From contig CAXKVF010000078.1 in assembly GCA_964057225.1 (NCBI GenBank), forward strand, positions 558,001 through 622,000: a DNA stretch of 64,000 nt, read 5' to 3'. This document shows positions 44,001 to 57,300 of this stretch, one piece after another. Every line of letters begins with the position of its first letter. Positions within the stretch are counted from its first letter, which is position 1. The stretch comes from Auanema rhodensis (lineage: Eukaryota; Animalia; Nematoda). The translations under genes were made by a program, and so were the position numbers. The notes below the pieces were generated by a model. That model was not told where the DNA came from. It saw only the letters and a program-made list of their open reading frames with translations, and made no database searches.

Positions 44001-47000
44001 AATCTAATTTGAAAACCGCATCTCTTTATCTTTCACGTGAAGCGAGTTACATACCAAGTGCACATCACGTGTACATTTAATTAGCATTAATTAAAGTTCA
44101 CGTAAATTTCAAAGTCATGGTTACCATGAACCAATATCAATAAAAATTTGTTTTTAGACTAATATGGACATGGGGAATCTAATTTTGAAAACCGCATCTC
44201 TTTATCTTTCACGTGAAGCGAGTTACATACCAAGTGCACATCACGTGTACATTTAATTAGCATAAATTAAAGTTCACGTAAATTTCAAAGTCATGGTTAC
44301 CATGAACCAATATCAATAAAAATTTGTTTTTAGACTAATATGGACATGGGGAATCTAATTTTGAAAACCGCATCTCTTTATCTTTCACGTGAAGCGAGTT
44401 ACATACCAAGTGCACATCACGTGTACATTTAATTAGCATAAATTAAAGTTCACGTAAATTTCAAAGTCATGGTTACCATGAACCAATAACAATAAAAATT
44501 TGTTTTTAGACTAATATGGACATGGGGAATCTAATTTTGAAAACCGCATCTCTTTATCTTTCACGTGAAGCGAGTTACATACCAAGTGCACATCACGTGT
44601 ACATTTAATTAGCATAAATTAAAGTTCACGTAAATTTCAAAGTCATGGTTACCACGAACCAATATCAATAAAAATTTGTTTTTAGACTAATATGGACATG
44701 GGGAATCTAATTTTGAAAACCGCATCTCTTTATCTTTCACGTGAAGCGAGTTACATACCAAGTGCACATCACGTGTACATTTAATTAGCATAAATTAAAG
44801 TTCACGTAAATTTCAAAGTCATGGTTACCACGAACCAATATCAATAAAAATTTGTTTTTAGACTAATATGGACATGGGGAATCTAATTTGAAAACCGCAT
44901 CTCTTTATCTTTCACGTGAAGCGAGTTACATACCAAGTGCACATCACGTGTACATTTAATTAGCATAAATTAAAGTTCACGTAAATTTCAAAGTCATGGT
45001 TACCATGAACCAATATCAATAAAAATTTGTTTTAGACTAATATGGACATGGGGAATCTAATTTTGAAAACCGCATCTCTTTATCTTTCACGTGAAGCGAG
45101 TTACATACCAAGTGCACATCACGTGTACATTTAATTAGCATAAATTAAAGTTCACGTAAACTTCAAAGTCATGGTTACCATGAAGCAATATCAATAAAAA
45201 TTTGTTTTTAGACTAATATGGACATGGGGAATCTAATTTTGAAAACCGCATCTCTTTATCTTTCACGTGAAGCGAGTTACATACCAAGTGCACATCACGT
45301 GTACATTTAATTAGCATAAATTAAAGTTCACGTAAATTTCAAAGTCATGGTTACCATGAACCAATATCAATAAAAATTTGTTTTTAGACTAATATGGACA
45401 TGGGGAATCTAATTTTGAAAACCGCATCTCTTTATCTTTCACGTGAAGCGAGTTACATACCAAGTGCACATCACGTGTACATTTAATTAGCATAAATTAA
45501 AGTTCACGTAAATTTCAAAGTCATGGTTACCACGAACCAATATCAATAAAAATTTGTTTTTAGACTAATATGGACATGGGGAATCTAATTTTGAAAACCG
45601 CATCTCTTTATCTTTCACGTGAAGCGAGTTACATACCAAGTGCACATCACGTGTACATTTAATTAGCATAAATTAAAGTTCACGTAAATTTCAAAGTCAT
45701 GGTTACCACGAACCAATATCAATAAAAATTTGTTTTTAGACTAATATGGACATGGGGAATCTAATTTGAAAACCGCATCTCTTTATCTTTCACGTGAAGC
45801 GAGTTACATACCAAGTGCACATCACGTGTACATTTAATTAGCATAAATTAAAGTTCACGTAAATTTCAAAGTCATGGTTACCATGAACCAATATCAATAA
45901 AAATTTGTTTTTAGACTAATATGGACATGGGGAATCTAATTTGAAAACCGCATCTCTTTATCTTTCACGTGAAGCGAGTTACATACCAAGTGCACATCAC
46001 GTGTACATTTAATTAGCATAAATTAAAGTTCACGTAAACTTCAAAGTCATGGTTACCATGAAGCAATATCAATAAAAATTTGTTTTTAGACTAATATGGA
46101 CATGGGGAATCTAATTTTGAAAACCGCATCTCTTTATCTTTCACGTGAAGCGAGTTACATACCAAGTGCACATCACGTGTACATTTAATTAGCATAAATT
46201 AAAGTTCACGTAAATTTCAAAGTCATGGTTACCACGAACCAATATCAATAAAAATTTGTTTTTAGACTAATATGGACATGGGGAATCTAATTTTGAAAAC
46301 CGCATCTCTTTATCTTTCACGTGAAGCGAGTTACATACCAAGTGCACATCACGTGTACATTTAATTAGCATAAATTAAAGTTCACGTAAATTTCAAAGTC
46401 ATGGTTACCATGAAGCAATATCAATAAAAATTTGTTTTTAGACTAATATGGACATGGGGAATCTAATTTTGAAAACCGCATCTCTTTATCTTTCACGTGA
46501 AGCGAGTTACATACCAAGTGCACATCACGTGTACATTTAATTAGCATAAATTAAAGTTCACGTAAACTTCAAAGTCATGGTTACCATGAAGCAATATCAA
46601 TAAAAAATGGTTTTTAGACTAATATGGACATGGGGAATCTAATTTTGAAAACCGCATCTCTTTATCTTTCACGTGAAGCGAGTTACATACCAAGTGCACA
46701 TCACGTGTACATTTAATTAGCATAAATTAAAGTTCACGTAAACTTCAAAGTCATGGTTACCATGAAGCAATATCAATAAAAAATGGTTTTTAGACTAATA
46801 TGGACATGGGGAATCTAATTTTGAAAACCGCATCTCTTTATCTTTCACGTGAAGCGAGTTACATACCAAGTGCACATCACGTGTACATTTAATTAGCATA
46901 AATTAAAGTTCACGTAAATTTCAAAGTCATGGTTACCATGAACCAATATCAATAAAAATTTGTTTTTAGACTAATATGGACATGGGGAATCTAATTTTGA

Positions 47001-50000
47001 AAACCGCATCTCTTTATCTTTCACGTGAAGCGAGTTACATACCAAGTGCACATCACGTGTACATTTAATTAGCATAAATTAAAGTTCACGTAAATTTCAA
47101 AGTCATGGTTACCATGAACCAATATCAATAAAAATTTGTTTTTAGACTAATATGGACATGGGGAATCTAATTTTGAAAACCGCATCTCTTTATCTTTCAC
47201 GTGAAGCGAGTTACATACCAAGTGCACATCACGTGTACATTTAATTAGCATAAATTAAAGTTCACGTAAACTTCAAAGTCATGGTTACCATGAAGCAATA
47301 TCAATAAAAATTTGTTTTTAGACTAATATGGACATGGGGAATCTAATTTTGAAAACCGCATCTCTTTATCTTTCACGTGAAGCGAGTTACATACCAAGTG
47401 CACATCACGTGTACATTTAATTAGCATAAATTAAAGTTCACGTAAATTTCAAAGTCATGGTTACCATGAACCAATATCAATAAAAATTTGTTTTTAGACT
47501 AATATGGACATGGGGAATCTAATTTTGAAAACCGCATCTCTTTATCTTTCACGTGAAGCGAGTTACATACCAAGTGCACATCACGTGTACATTTAATTAG
47601 CATAAATTAAAGTTCACGTAAATTTCAAAGTCATGGTTACCACGAACCAATATCAATAAAAATTTGTTTTTAGACTAATATGGACATGGGGAATCTAATT
47701 TTGAAAACCGCATCTCTTTATCTTTCACGTGAAGCGAGTTACATACCAAGTGCACATCACGTGTACATTTAATTAGCATAAATTAAAGTTCACGTAAATT
47801 TCAAAGTCATGGTTACCATGAACCAATATCAATAAAAATTTGTTTTTAGACTAATATGGACATGGGGAATCTAATTTTGAAAACCGCATCTCTTTATCTT
47901 TCACGTGAAGCGAGTTACATACCAAGTGCACATCACGTGTACATTTAATTAGCATAAATTAAAGTTCACGTAAATTTCAAAGTCATGGTTACCATGAACC
48001 AATATCAATAAAAATTTGTTTTTAGACTAATATGGACATGGGGAATCTAATTTTGAAAACCGCATCTCTTTATCTTTCACGTGAAGCGAGTTACATACCA
48101 AGTGCACATCACGTGTACATTTAATTAGCATAAATTAAAGTTCACGTAAATTTCAAAGTCATGGTTACCATGAACCAATATCAATAAAAATTTGTTTTTA
48201 GACTAATATGGACATGGGGAATCTAATTTTGAAAACCGCATTTCTTTATCTTTCACGTGAAGCGAGTTACATACCAAGTGCACATCACGTGTACATTTAA
48301 TTAGCATAAATTAAAGTTCACGTAAATTTCAAAGTCATGGTTACCATGCACCAATATCAATAAAAATTTGTTTTTAGACTAATATGGACATGGGGAATCT
48401 AATTTTGAAAACCGCATCTCTTTATCTTTCACGTGAAGCGAGTTACATACCAAGTGCACATCACGTGTACATTTAATTAGCATAAATTAAAGTTCACGTA
48501 AATTTCAAAGTCATGGTTACCATGAACAAATATCAATAAAAATTTGTTTTTAGACTAATATGGACATGGGGAATCTAATTTTGAAAACCGCATCTCTTTA
48601 TCTTTCACGTGAAGCGAGTTACATACCAAGTGCACATCACGTGTACATTTAATTAGCATAAATTAAAGTTCACGTAAATTTCAAAGTCATGGTTACCACG
48701 AACCAATATCAATAAAAATTTGTTTTTAGACTAATATGGACATGGGGAATCTAATTTTGAAAACCGCATCTCTTTATCTTTCACGTGAAGCGAGTTACAT
48801 ACCAAGTGCACATCACGTGTACATTTAATTAGCATAAATTAAAGTTCACGTAAATTTCAAAGTCATGGTTACCATGAACCAATATCAATAAAAATTTGTT
48901 TTTAGACTAATATGGACATGGGGAATCTAATTTTGAAAACCGCATCTCTTTATCTTTCACGTGAAGCGAGTTACATACCAAGTGCACATCACGTGTACAT
49001 TTAATTAGCATAAATTAAAGTTCACGTAAACTTCAAAGTCATGGTTACCATGAAGCAATATCAATAAAAATTTGTTTTTAGACTAATATGGACATGGGGA
49101 ATCTAATTTTGAAAACCGCATCTCTTTATCTTTCACGTGAAGCGAGTTACATACCAAGTGCACATCACGTGTACATTTAATTAGCATAAATTAAAGTTCA
49201 CGTAAATTTCAAAGTCATGGTTACCACGAACCAATATCAATAAAAATTTGTTTTTAGACTAATATGGACATGGGGAATCTAATTTTGAAAACCGCATCTC
49301 TTTATCTTTCACGTGAAGCGAGTTACATACCAAGTGCACATCACGTGTACATTTAATTAGCATAAATTAAAGTTCACGTAAATTTCAAAGTCATGGTTAC
49401 CATGAAGCAATATCAATAAAAATTTGTTTTTAGACTAATATGGACATGGGGAATCTAATTTTGAAAACCGCATCTCTTTATCTTTCACGTGAAGCGAGTT
49501 ACATACCAAGTGCACATCACGTGTACATTTAATTAGCATAAATTAAAGTTCACGTAAACTTCAAAGTCATGGTTACCATGAAGCAATATCAATAAAAAAT
49601 GGTTTTTAGACTAATATGGACATGGGGAATCTAATTTTGAAAACCGCATCTCTTTATCTTTCACGTGAAGCGAGTTACATACCAAGTGCACATCACGTGT
49701 ACATTTAATTAGCATAAATTAAAGTTCACGTAAATTTCAAAGTCATGGTTACCATGAACCAATATCAATAAAAATTTGTTTTTAGACTAATATGGACATG
49801 GGGAATCTAATTTTGAAAACCGCATCTCTTTATCTTTCACGTGAAGCGAGTTACATACCAAGTGCACATCACGTGTACATTTAATTAGCATAAATTAAAG
49901 TTCACGTAAATTTCAAAGTCATGGTTACCATGCACCAATATCAATAAAAATTTGTTTTTAGACTAATATGGACATGGGGAATCTAATTTTGAAAACCGCA

Positions 50001-53000
50001 TCTCTTTATCTTTCACGTGAAGCGAGTTACATACCAAGTGCACATCACGTGTACATTTAATTAGCATAAATTAAAGTTCACGTAAATTTCAAAGTCATGG
50101 TTACCATGAACCAATATCAATAAAAATTTGTTTTTAGACTAATATGGACATGGGGAATCTAATTTTGAAAACCGCATCTCTTTATCTTTCACGTGAAGCG
50201 AGTTACATACCAAGTGCACATCACGTGTACATTTAATTAGCATAAATTAAAGTTCACGTAAATTTCAAAGTCATGGTTACCATGCACCAATATCAATAAA
50301 AATTTGTTTTTAGACTAATATGGACATGGGGAATCTAATTTTGAAAACCGCATCTCTTTATCTTTCACGTGAAGCGAGTTACATACCAAGTGCACATCAC
50401 GTGTACATTTAATTAGCATAAATTAAAGTTCACGTAAACTTCAAAGTCATGGTTACCATGAAGCAATATCAATAAAAATTTGTTTTTAGACTAATATGGA
50501 CATGGGGAATCTAATTTTGAAAACCGCATCTCTTTATCTTTCACGTGAAGCGAGTTACATACCAAGTGCACATCACGTGTACATTTAATTAGCATAAATT
50601 AAAGTTCACGTAAATTTCAAAGTCATGGTTACCATGAACCAATATCAATAAAAATTTGTTTTTAGACTAATATGGACATGGGGAATCTAATTTTGAAAAC
50701 CGCATCTCTTTATCTTTCACGTGAAGCGAGTTACATACCAAGTGCACATCACGTGTACATTTAATTAGCATAAATTAAAGTTCACGTAAATTTCAAAGTC
50801 ATGGTTACCATGAACCAATATCAATAAAAATTTGTTTTTAGACTAATATGGACATGGGGAATCTAATTTTGAAAACCGCATCTCTTTATCTTTCACGTGA
50901 AGCGAGTTACATACCAAGTGCACATCACGTGTACATTTAATTAGCATAAATTAAAGTTCACGTAAATTTCAAAGTCATGGTTACCATGAACCAATATCAA
51001 TAAAAATTTGTTTTTAGACTAATATGGACATGGGGAATCTAATTTTGAAAACCGCATTTCTTTATCTTTCACGTGAAGCGAGTTACATACCAAGTGCACA
51101 TCACGTGTACATTTAATTAGCATAAATTAAAGTTCACGTAAACTTCAAAGTCATGGTTACCATGAAGCAATATCAATAAAAAATGGTTTTTAGACTAATA
51201 TGGACATGGGGAATCTAATTTTGAAAACCGCATCTCTTTATCTTTCACGTGAAGCGAGTTACATACCAAGTGCACATCACGTGTACATTTAATCAGCATA
51301 AATTAAAGTTCACGTAAATTTCAAAGTCATGGTTACCATGAACCAATATCAATAAAAATTTGTTTTTAGACTAATATGGACATGGGGAATCTAATTTTGA
51401 AAACCGCATCTCTTTATCTTTCACGTGAAGCGAGTTACATACCAAGTGCACATCACGTGTACATTTAATTAGCATAAATTAAAGTTCACGTAAATTTCAA
51501 AGTCATGGTTACCATGCACCAATATCAATAAAAATTTGTTTTTAGACTAATATGGACATGGGGAATCTAATTTTGAAAACCGCATCTCTTTATCTTTCAC
51601 GTGAAGCGAGTTACATACCAAGTGCACATCACGTGTACATTTAATTAGCATAAATTAAAGTTCACGTAAATTTCAAAGTCATGGTTACCATGAACCAATA
51701 TCAATAAAAATTTGTTTTTAGACTAATATGGACATGGGGAATCTAATTTTGAAAACCGCATCTCTTTATCTTTCACGTGAAGCGAGTTACATACCAAGTG
51801 CACATCACGTGTACATTTAATTAGCATAAATTAAAGTTCACGTAAATTTCAAAGTCATGGTTACCATGCACCAATATCAATAAAAATTTGTTTTTAGACT
51901 AATATGGACATGGGGAATCTAATTTTGAAAACCGCATCTCTTTATCTTTCACGTGAAGCGAGTTACATACCAAGTGCACATCACGTGTACATTTAATTAG
52001 CATAAATTAAAGTTCACGTAAACTTCAAAGTCATGGTTACCATGAAGCAATATCAATAAAAATTTGTTTTTAGACTAATATGGACATGGGGAATCTAATT
52101 TTGAAAACCGCATCTCTTTATCTTTCACGTGAAGCGAGTTACATACCAAGTGCACATCACGTGTACATTTAATTAGCATAAATTAAAGTTCACGTAAATT
52201 TCAAAGTCATGGTTACCATGAACCAATATCAATAAAAATTTGTTTTTAGACTAATATGGACATGGGGAATCTAATTTTGAAAACCGCATCTCTTTATCTT
52301 TCACGTGAAGCGAGTTACATACCAAGTGCACATCACGTGTACATTTAATTAGCATAAATTAAAGTTCACGTAAATTTCAAAGTCATGGTTACCATGAACC
52401 AATATCAATAAAAATTTGTTTTTAGACTAATATGGACATGGGGAATCTAATTTTGAAAACCGCATCTCTTTATCTTTCACGTGAAGCGAGTTACATACCA
52501 AGTGCACATCACGTGTACATTTAATTAGCATAAATTAAAGTTCACGTAAATTTCAAAGTCATGGTTACCATGAACCAATATCAATAAAAATTTGTTTTTA
52601 GACTAATATGGACATGGGGAATCTAATTTTGAAAACCGCATTTCTTTATCTTTCACGTGAAGCGAGTTACATACCAAGTGCACATCACGTGTACATTTAA
52701 TTAGCATAAATTAAAGTTCACGTAAATTTCAAAGTCATGGTTACCATGCACCAATAACAATAAAAATTTGTTTTTAGACTGATATGGACATGGGGAATCT
52801 AATTTTGAAAACCGCATCTCTTTATCTTTCACGTGAAGCGAGTTACATACCAAGTGCACATCACGTGTACATTTAATTAGCATAAATTAAAGTTCACGTA
52901 AATTTCAAAGTCATGGTTACCATGAACCAATATCAATAAAAATTCGTTTTTAGACTAATATGGACATGGGGAATCTAATTTTGAAAACCGCATTTCTTTA

Positions 53001-54375
53001 TCTTTCACGTGAAGCGAGTTACATACCAAGTGCACATCACGTGTACATTTAATTAGCATAAATTAAAGTTCACGTAAATTTCAAAGTCATGGTTACCATG
53101 CACCAATAACAATAAAAATTTGTTTTTAGACTGATATGGACATGGGGAATCTAATTTTGAAAACCGCATCTCTTTATCTTTCACGTGAAGCGAGTTACAT
53201 ACCAAGTGCACATCACGTGTACATTTAATTAGCATAAATTAAAGTTCACGTAAATTTCAAAGTCATGGTTACCATGCACCAATAACAATAAAAATTTGTT
53301 TTTAGACTGATATGGACATGGGGAATCTAATTTTGAAAACCGCATCTCTTTATCTTTCACGTGAAGCGAGTTACATACCAAGTGCACATCACGTGTACAT
53401 TTAATTAGCATAGATTAAAGTTCACGTAAATTTCACAGTCATGGTTACCATGAACCAATATCAATAAAAATTTGTTTTTAGACTAATATGGACATGGGGA
53501 ATCTAATTTTGAAAACCGCATCTCTTTATCTTTCACGTGAAGCGAGTTACATACCAAGTGCACATCACGTATACATTTAATTAGCATAAATTAAAGTTCA
53601 CGTAAATTTCAAAGTCATGGTTACCATGAACCAATAGCAATAAAAATTAGTTTTTAGACTAATATGGACATGGGGAATCTAATTTTGAAAACCGCATCTC
53701 TTTATCTTTCACGTGAAGCGAGTTACATACCAAGTGCACATCACGTGTACATTTAATTAGCATAAATTAAAGTTCACGTAAATTTCAAAGTCATGGTTAC
53801 CATGCACCAATATCAATAAAAATTTGTTTTTAGACTAATATGGACATGGGGAATCTAATTTTGAAAACCGCATCTCTTCATCTTTCACGTGAAGCGAGTT
53901 ACATACCAAGTGCACATCACGTGTACATTTAATTAGCATAAATTAAAGTTCACGTAAATTTCAAAGTCATGGTTACCATGCACCAATATCAATAAAAATT
54001 TGTTTTTAGACTAATATGGACGTGGGGAATCTAATTTTGAAAACCGCATCTCTTTATCTTTCACGTGAAGCGAGTTACATACCAAGTGCACATCACGTGT
54101 ACATTTAATTAGCATAAATTAAAGTTCACGTAAATTTCAAAGTCATGGTTACCATGAACCAATATCAATAAAAATTTGTTTTTAGACTAATATGGACATG
54201 GGGAATCTAATTTTGAAAACCGCATCTCTTTATCTTTCACGTGAAGCGAGTTACATACCAAGTGCACATCACGTGTACATTTAATTAGCATAAATTAAAG
54301 TTCACGTAAATTTCAAAGTCATGGTTACCATGAACCAATATCAATAAAAATTTGTTTTTAGACTAATATGGACAT

Positions 54376-57300
54376 GGGGAATCTAATTTTGAAAACCGCA
54401 TTTCTTTATCTTTCACGTGAAGCGAGTTACATACCAAGTGCACATCACGTGTACATTTAATTAGCATAAATTAAAGTTCACGTAAATTTCAAAGTCATGG
54501 TTACCATGCACCAATAACAATAAAAATTTGTTTTTAGACTGATATGGACATGGGGAATCTAATTTTGAAAACCGCATCTCTTTATCTTTCACGTGAAGCG
54601 AGTTACATACCAAGTGCACATCACGTGTACATTTAATTAGCATAAATTAAAGTTCACGTAAATTTCAAAGTCATGGTTACCATGAACCAATATCAATAAA
54701 AATTCGTTTTTAGACTAATATGGACATGGGGAATCTAATTTTGAAAACCGCATTTCTTTATCTTTCACGTGAAGCGAGTTACATACCAAGTGCACATCAC
54801 GTGTACATTTAATTAGCATAAATTAAAGTTCACGTAAATTTCAAAGTCATGGTTACCATGCACCAATAACAATAAAAATTTGTTTTTAGACTGATATGGA
54901 CATGGGGAATCTAATTTTGAAAACCGCATCTCTTTATCTTTCACGTGAAGCGAGTTACATACCAAGTGCACATCACGTGTACATTTAATTAGCATAAATT
55001 AAAGTTCACGTAAATTTCAAAGTCATGGTTACCATGCACCAATAACAATAAAAATTTGTTTTTAGACTGATATGGACATGGGGAATCTAATTTTGAAAAC
55101 CGCATCTCTTTATCTTTCACGTGAAGCGAGTTACATACCAAGTGCACATCACGTGTACATTTAATTAGCATAAATTAAAGTTCACGTAAATTTCAAAGTC
55201 ATGGTTACCATGAACCAATATCAATAAAAATTTGTTTTTAGACTAATATGGACATGGGGAATCTAATTTTGAAAACCGCATCTCTTTATCTTTCACGTGA
55301 AGCGAGTTACATACCAAGTGCACATCACGTGTACATTTAATTAGCATAAATTAAAGTTCACGTAAATTTCAAAGTCATGGTTACCATGAACCAATATCAA
55401 TAAAAATTTGTTTTTAGACTAATATGGACATGGGGAATCTAATTTTGAAAACCGCATCTCTTTATCTTTCACGTGAAGCGAGTTACATACCAAGTGCACA
55501 TCACGTGTACATTTAATTAGCATAAATTAAAGTTCACGTAAATTTCAAAGTCATGGTTACCATGAACCAATATCAATAAAAATTTGTTTTTAGACTAATA
55601 TGGACATGGGGAATCTAATTTTGAAAACCGCATTTCTTTATCTTTCACGTGAAGCGAGTTACATACCAAGTGCACATCACGTGTACATTTAATTAGCATA
55701 AATTAAAGTTCACGTAAATTTCAAAGTCATGGTTACCATGAACCAATATCAATAAAAATTTGTTTTTAGACTAATATGGACATGGGGAATGTAATTTTGA
55801 AAACCGCATCTCTTTATCTTTCACGTGAAGCGAGTTACATACCAAGTGCACATCACGTGTACATTTAATTAGCATAAATTAAAGTTCACGTAAAATTCAA
55901 AGTCATGGTTACCATGCACCAATATCAATAAAAATTTGTTTTTAGACTAATATGGACATGGGGAATCTAATTTTGAAAACCGCATCTCTTTATCTTTCAC
56001 GTGAAGCGAGTTACATACCAAGTGCACATCACGTGTACATTTAATTAGCATAAATTAAAGTTCACGTAAATTTCAAAGTCATGGTTACCATGAACCAATA
56101 TCAATAAAAATTTGTTTTTAGACTAATATGGACATGGGGAATCTAATTTTGAAAACCGCATCTCTTTATCTTTCACGTGAAGCGAGTTACATACCAAGTG
56201 CACATCACGTGTACATTTAATTAGCATAAATTAAAGTTCACGTAAATTTCAAAGTCATGGTTACCATGAAGCAATATCAATAAAAATTTGTTTTTAGACT
56301 AATATGGACATGGGGAATCTAATTTTGAAAACCGCATCTCTTTATCTTTCACGTGAAGCGAGTTACATACCAAGTGCACATCACGTGTACATTTAATTAG
56401 CATAAATTAAAGTTCACGTAAAATTCAAAGTCATGGTTACCATGCACCAATATCAATAAAAATTTGTTTTTAGACTAATATGGACATGGGGAATCTAATT
56501 TTGAAAACCGCATCTCTTTATCTTTCACGTGAAGCGAGTTACATACCAAGTGCACATCACGTGTACATTTAATTAGCATAAATTAAAGTTCACGTAAATT
56601 TCAAAGTCATGGTTACCATGAACCAATATCAATAAAAATTTGTTTTTAGACTAATATGGACATGGGGAATCTAATTTTGAAAACCGCATCTCTTTATCTT
56701 TCACGTGAAGCGAGTTACATACCAAGTGCACATCACGTGTACATTTAATTAGCATAAATTAAAGTTCACGTAAATTTCAAAGTCATGGTTACCATGCACC
56801 AATATCAATAAAAATTTGTTTTTAGACTAATATGGACATGGGGAATCTAATTTTGAAAACCGCATCTCTTTATCTTTCACGTGAAGCGAGTTACATACCA
56901 AGTGCACATCACGTGTACATTTAATTAGCATAAATTAAAGTTCACGTAAACTTCAAAGTCATGGTTACCATGAAGCAATATCAATAAAAATTTGTTTTTA
57001 GACTAATATGGACATGGGGAATCTAATTTTGAAAACCGCATCTCTTTATCTTTCACGTGAAGCGAGTTACATACCAAGTGCACATCACGTGTACATTTAA
57101 TTAGCATAAATTAAAGTTCACGTAAATTTCAAAGTCATGGTTACCATGAACCAATATCAATAAAAATTTGTTTTTAGACTAATATGGACATGGGGAATCT
57201 AATTTTGAAAACCGCATCTCTTTATCTTTCACGTGAAGCGAGTTACATACCAAGTGCACATCACGTGTACATTTAATTAGCATAAATTAAAGTTCACGTA

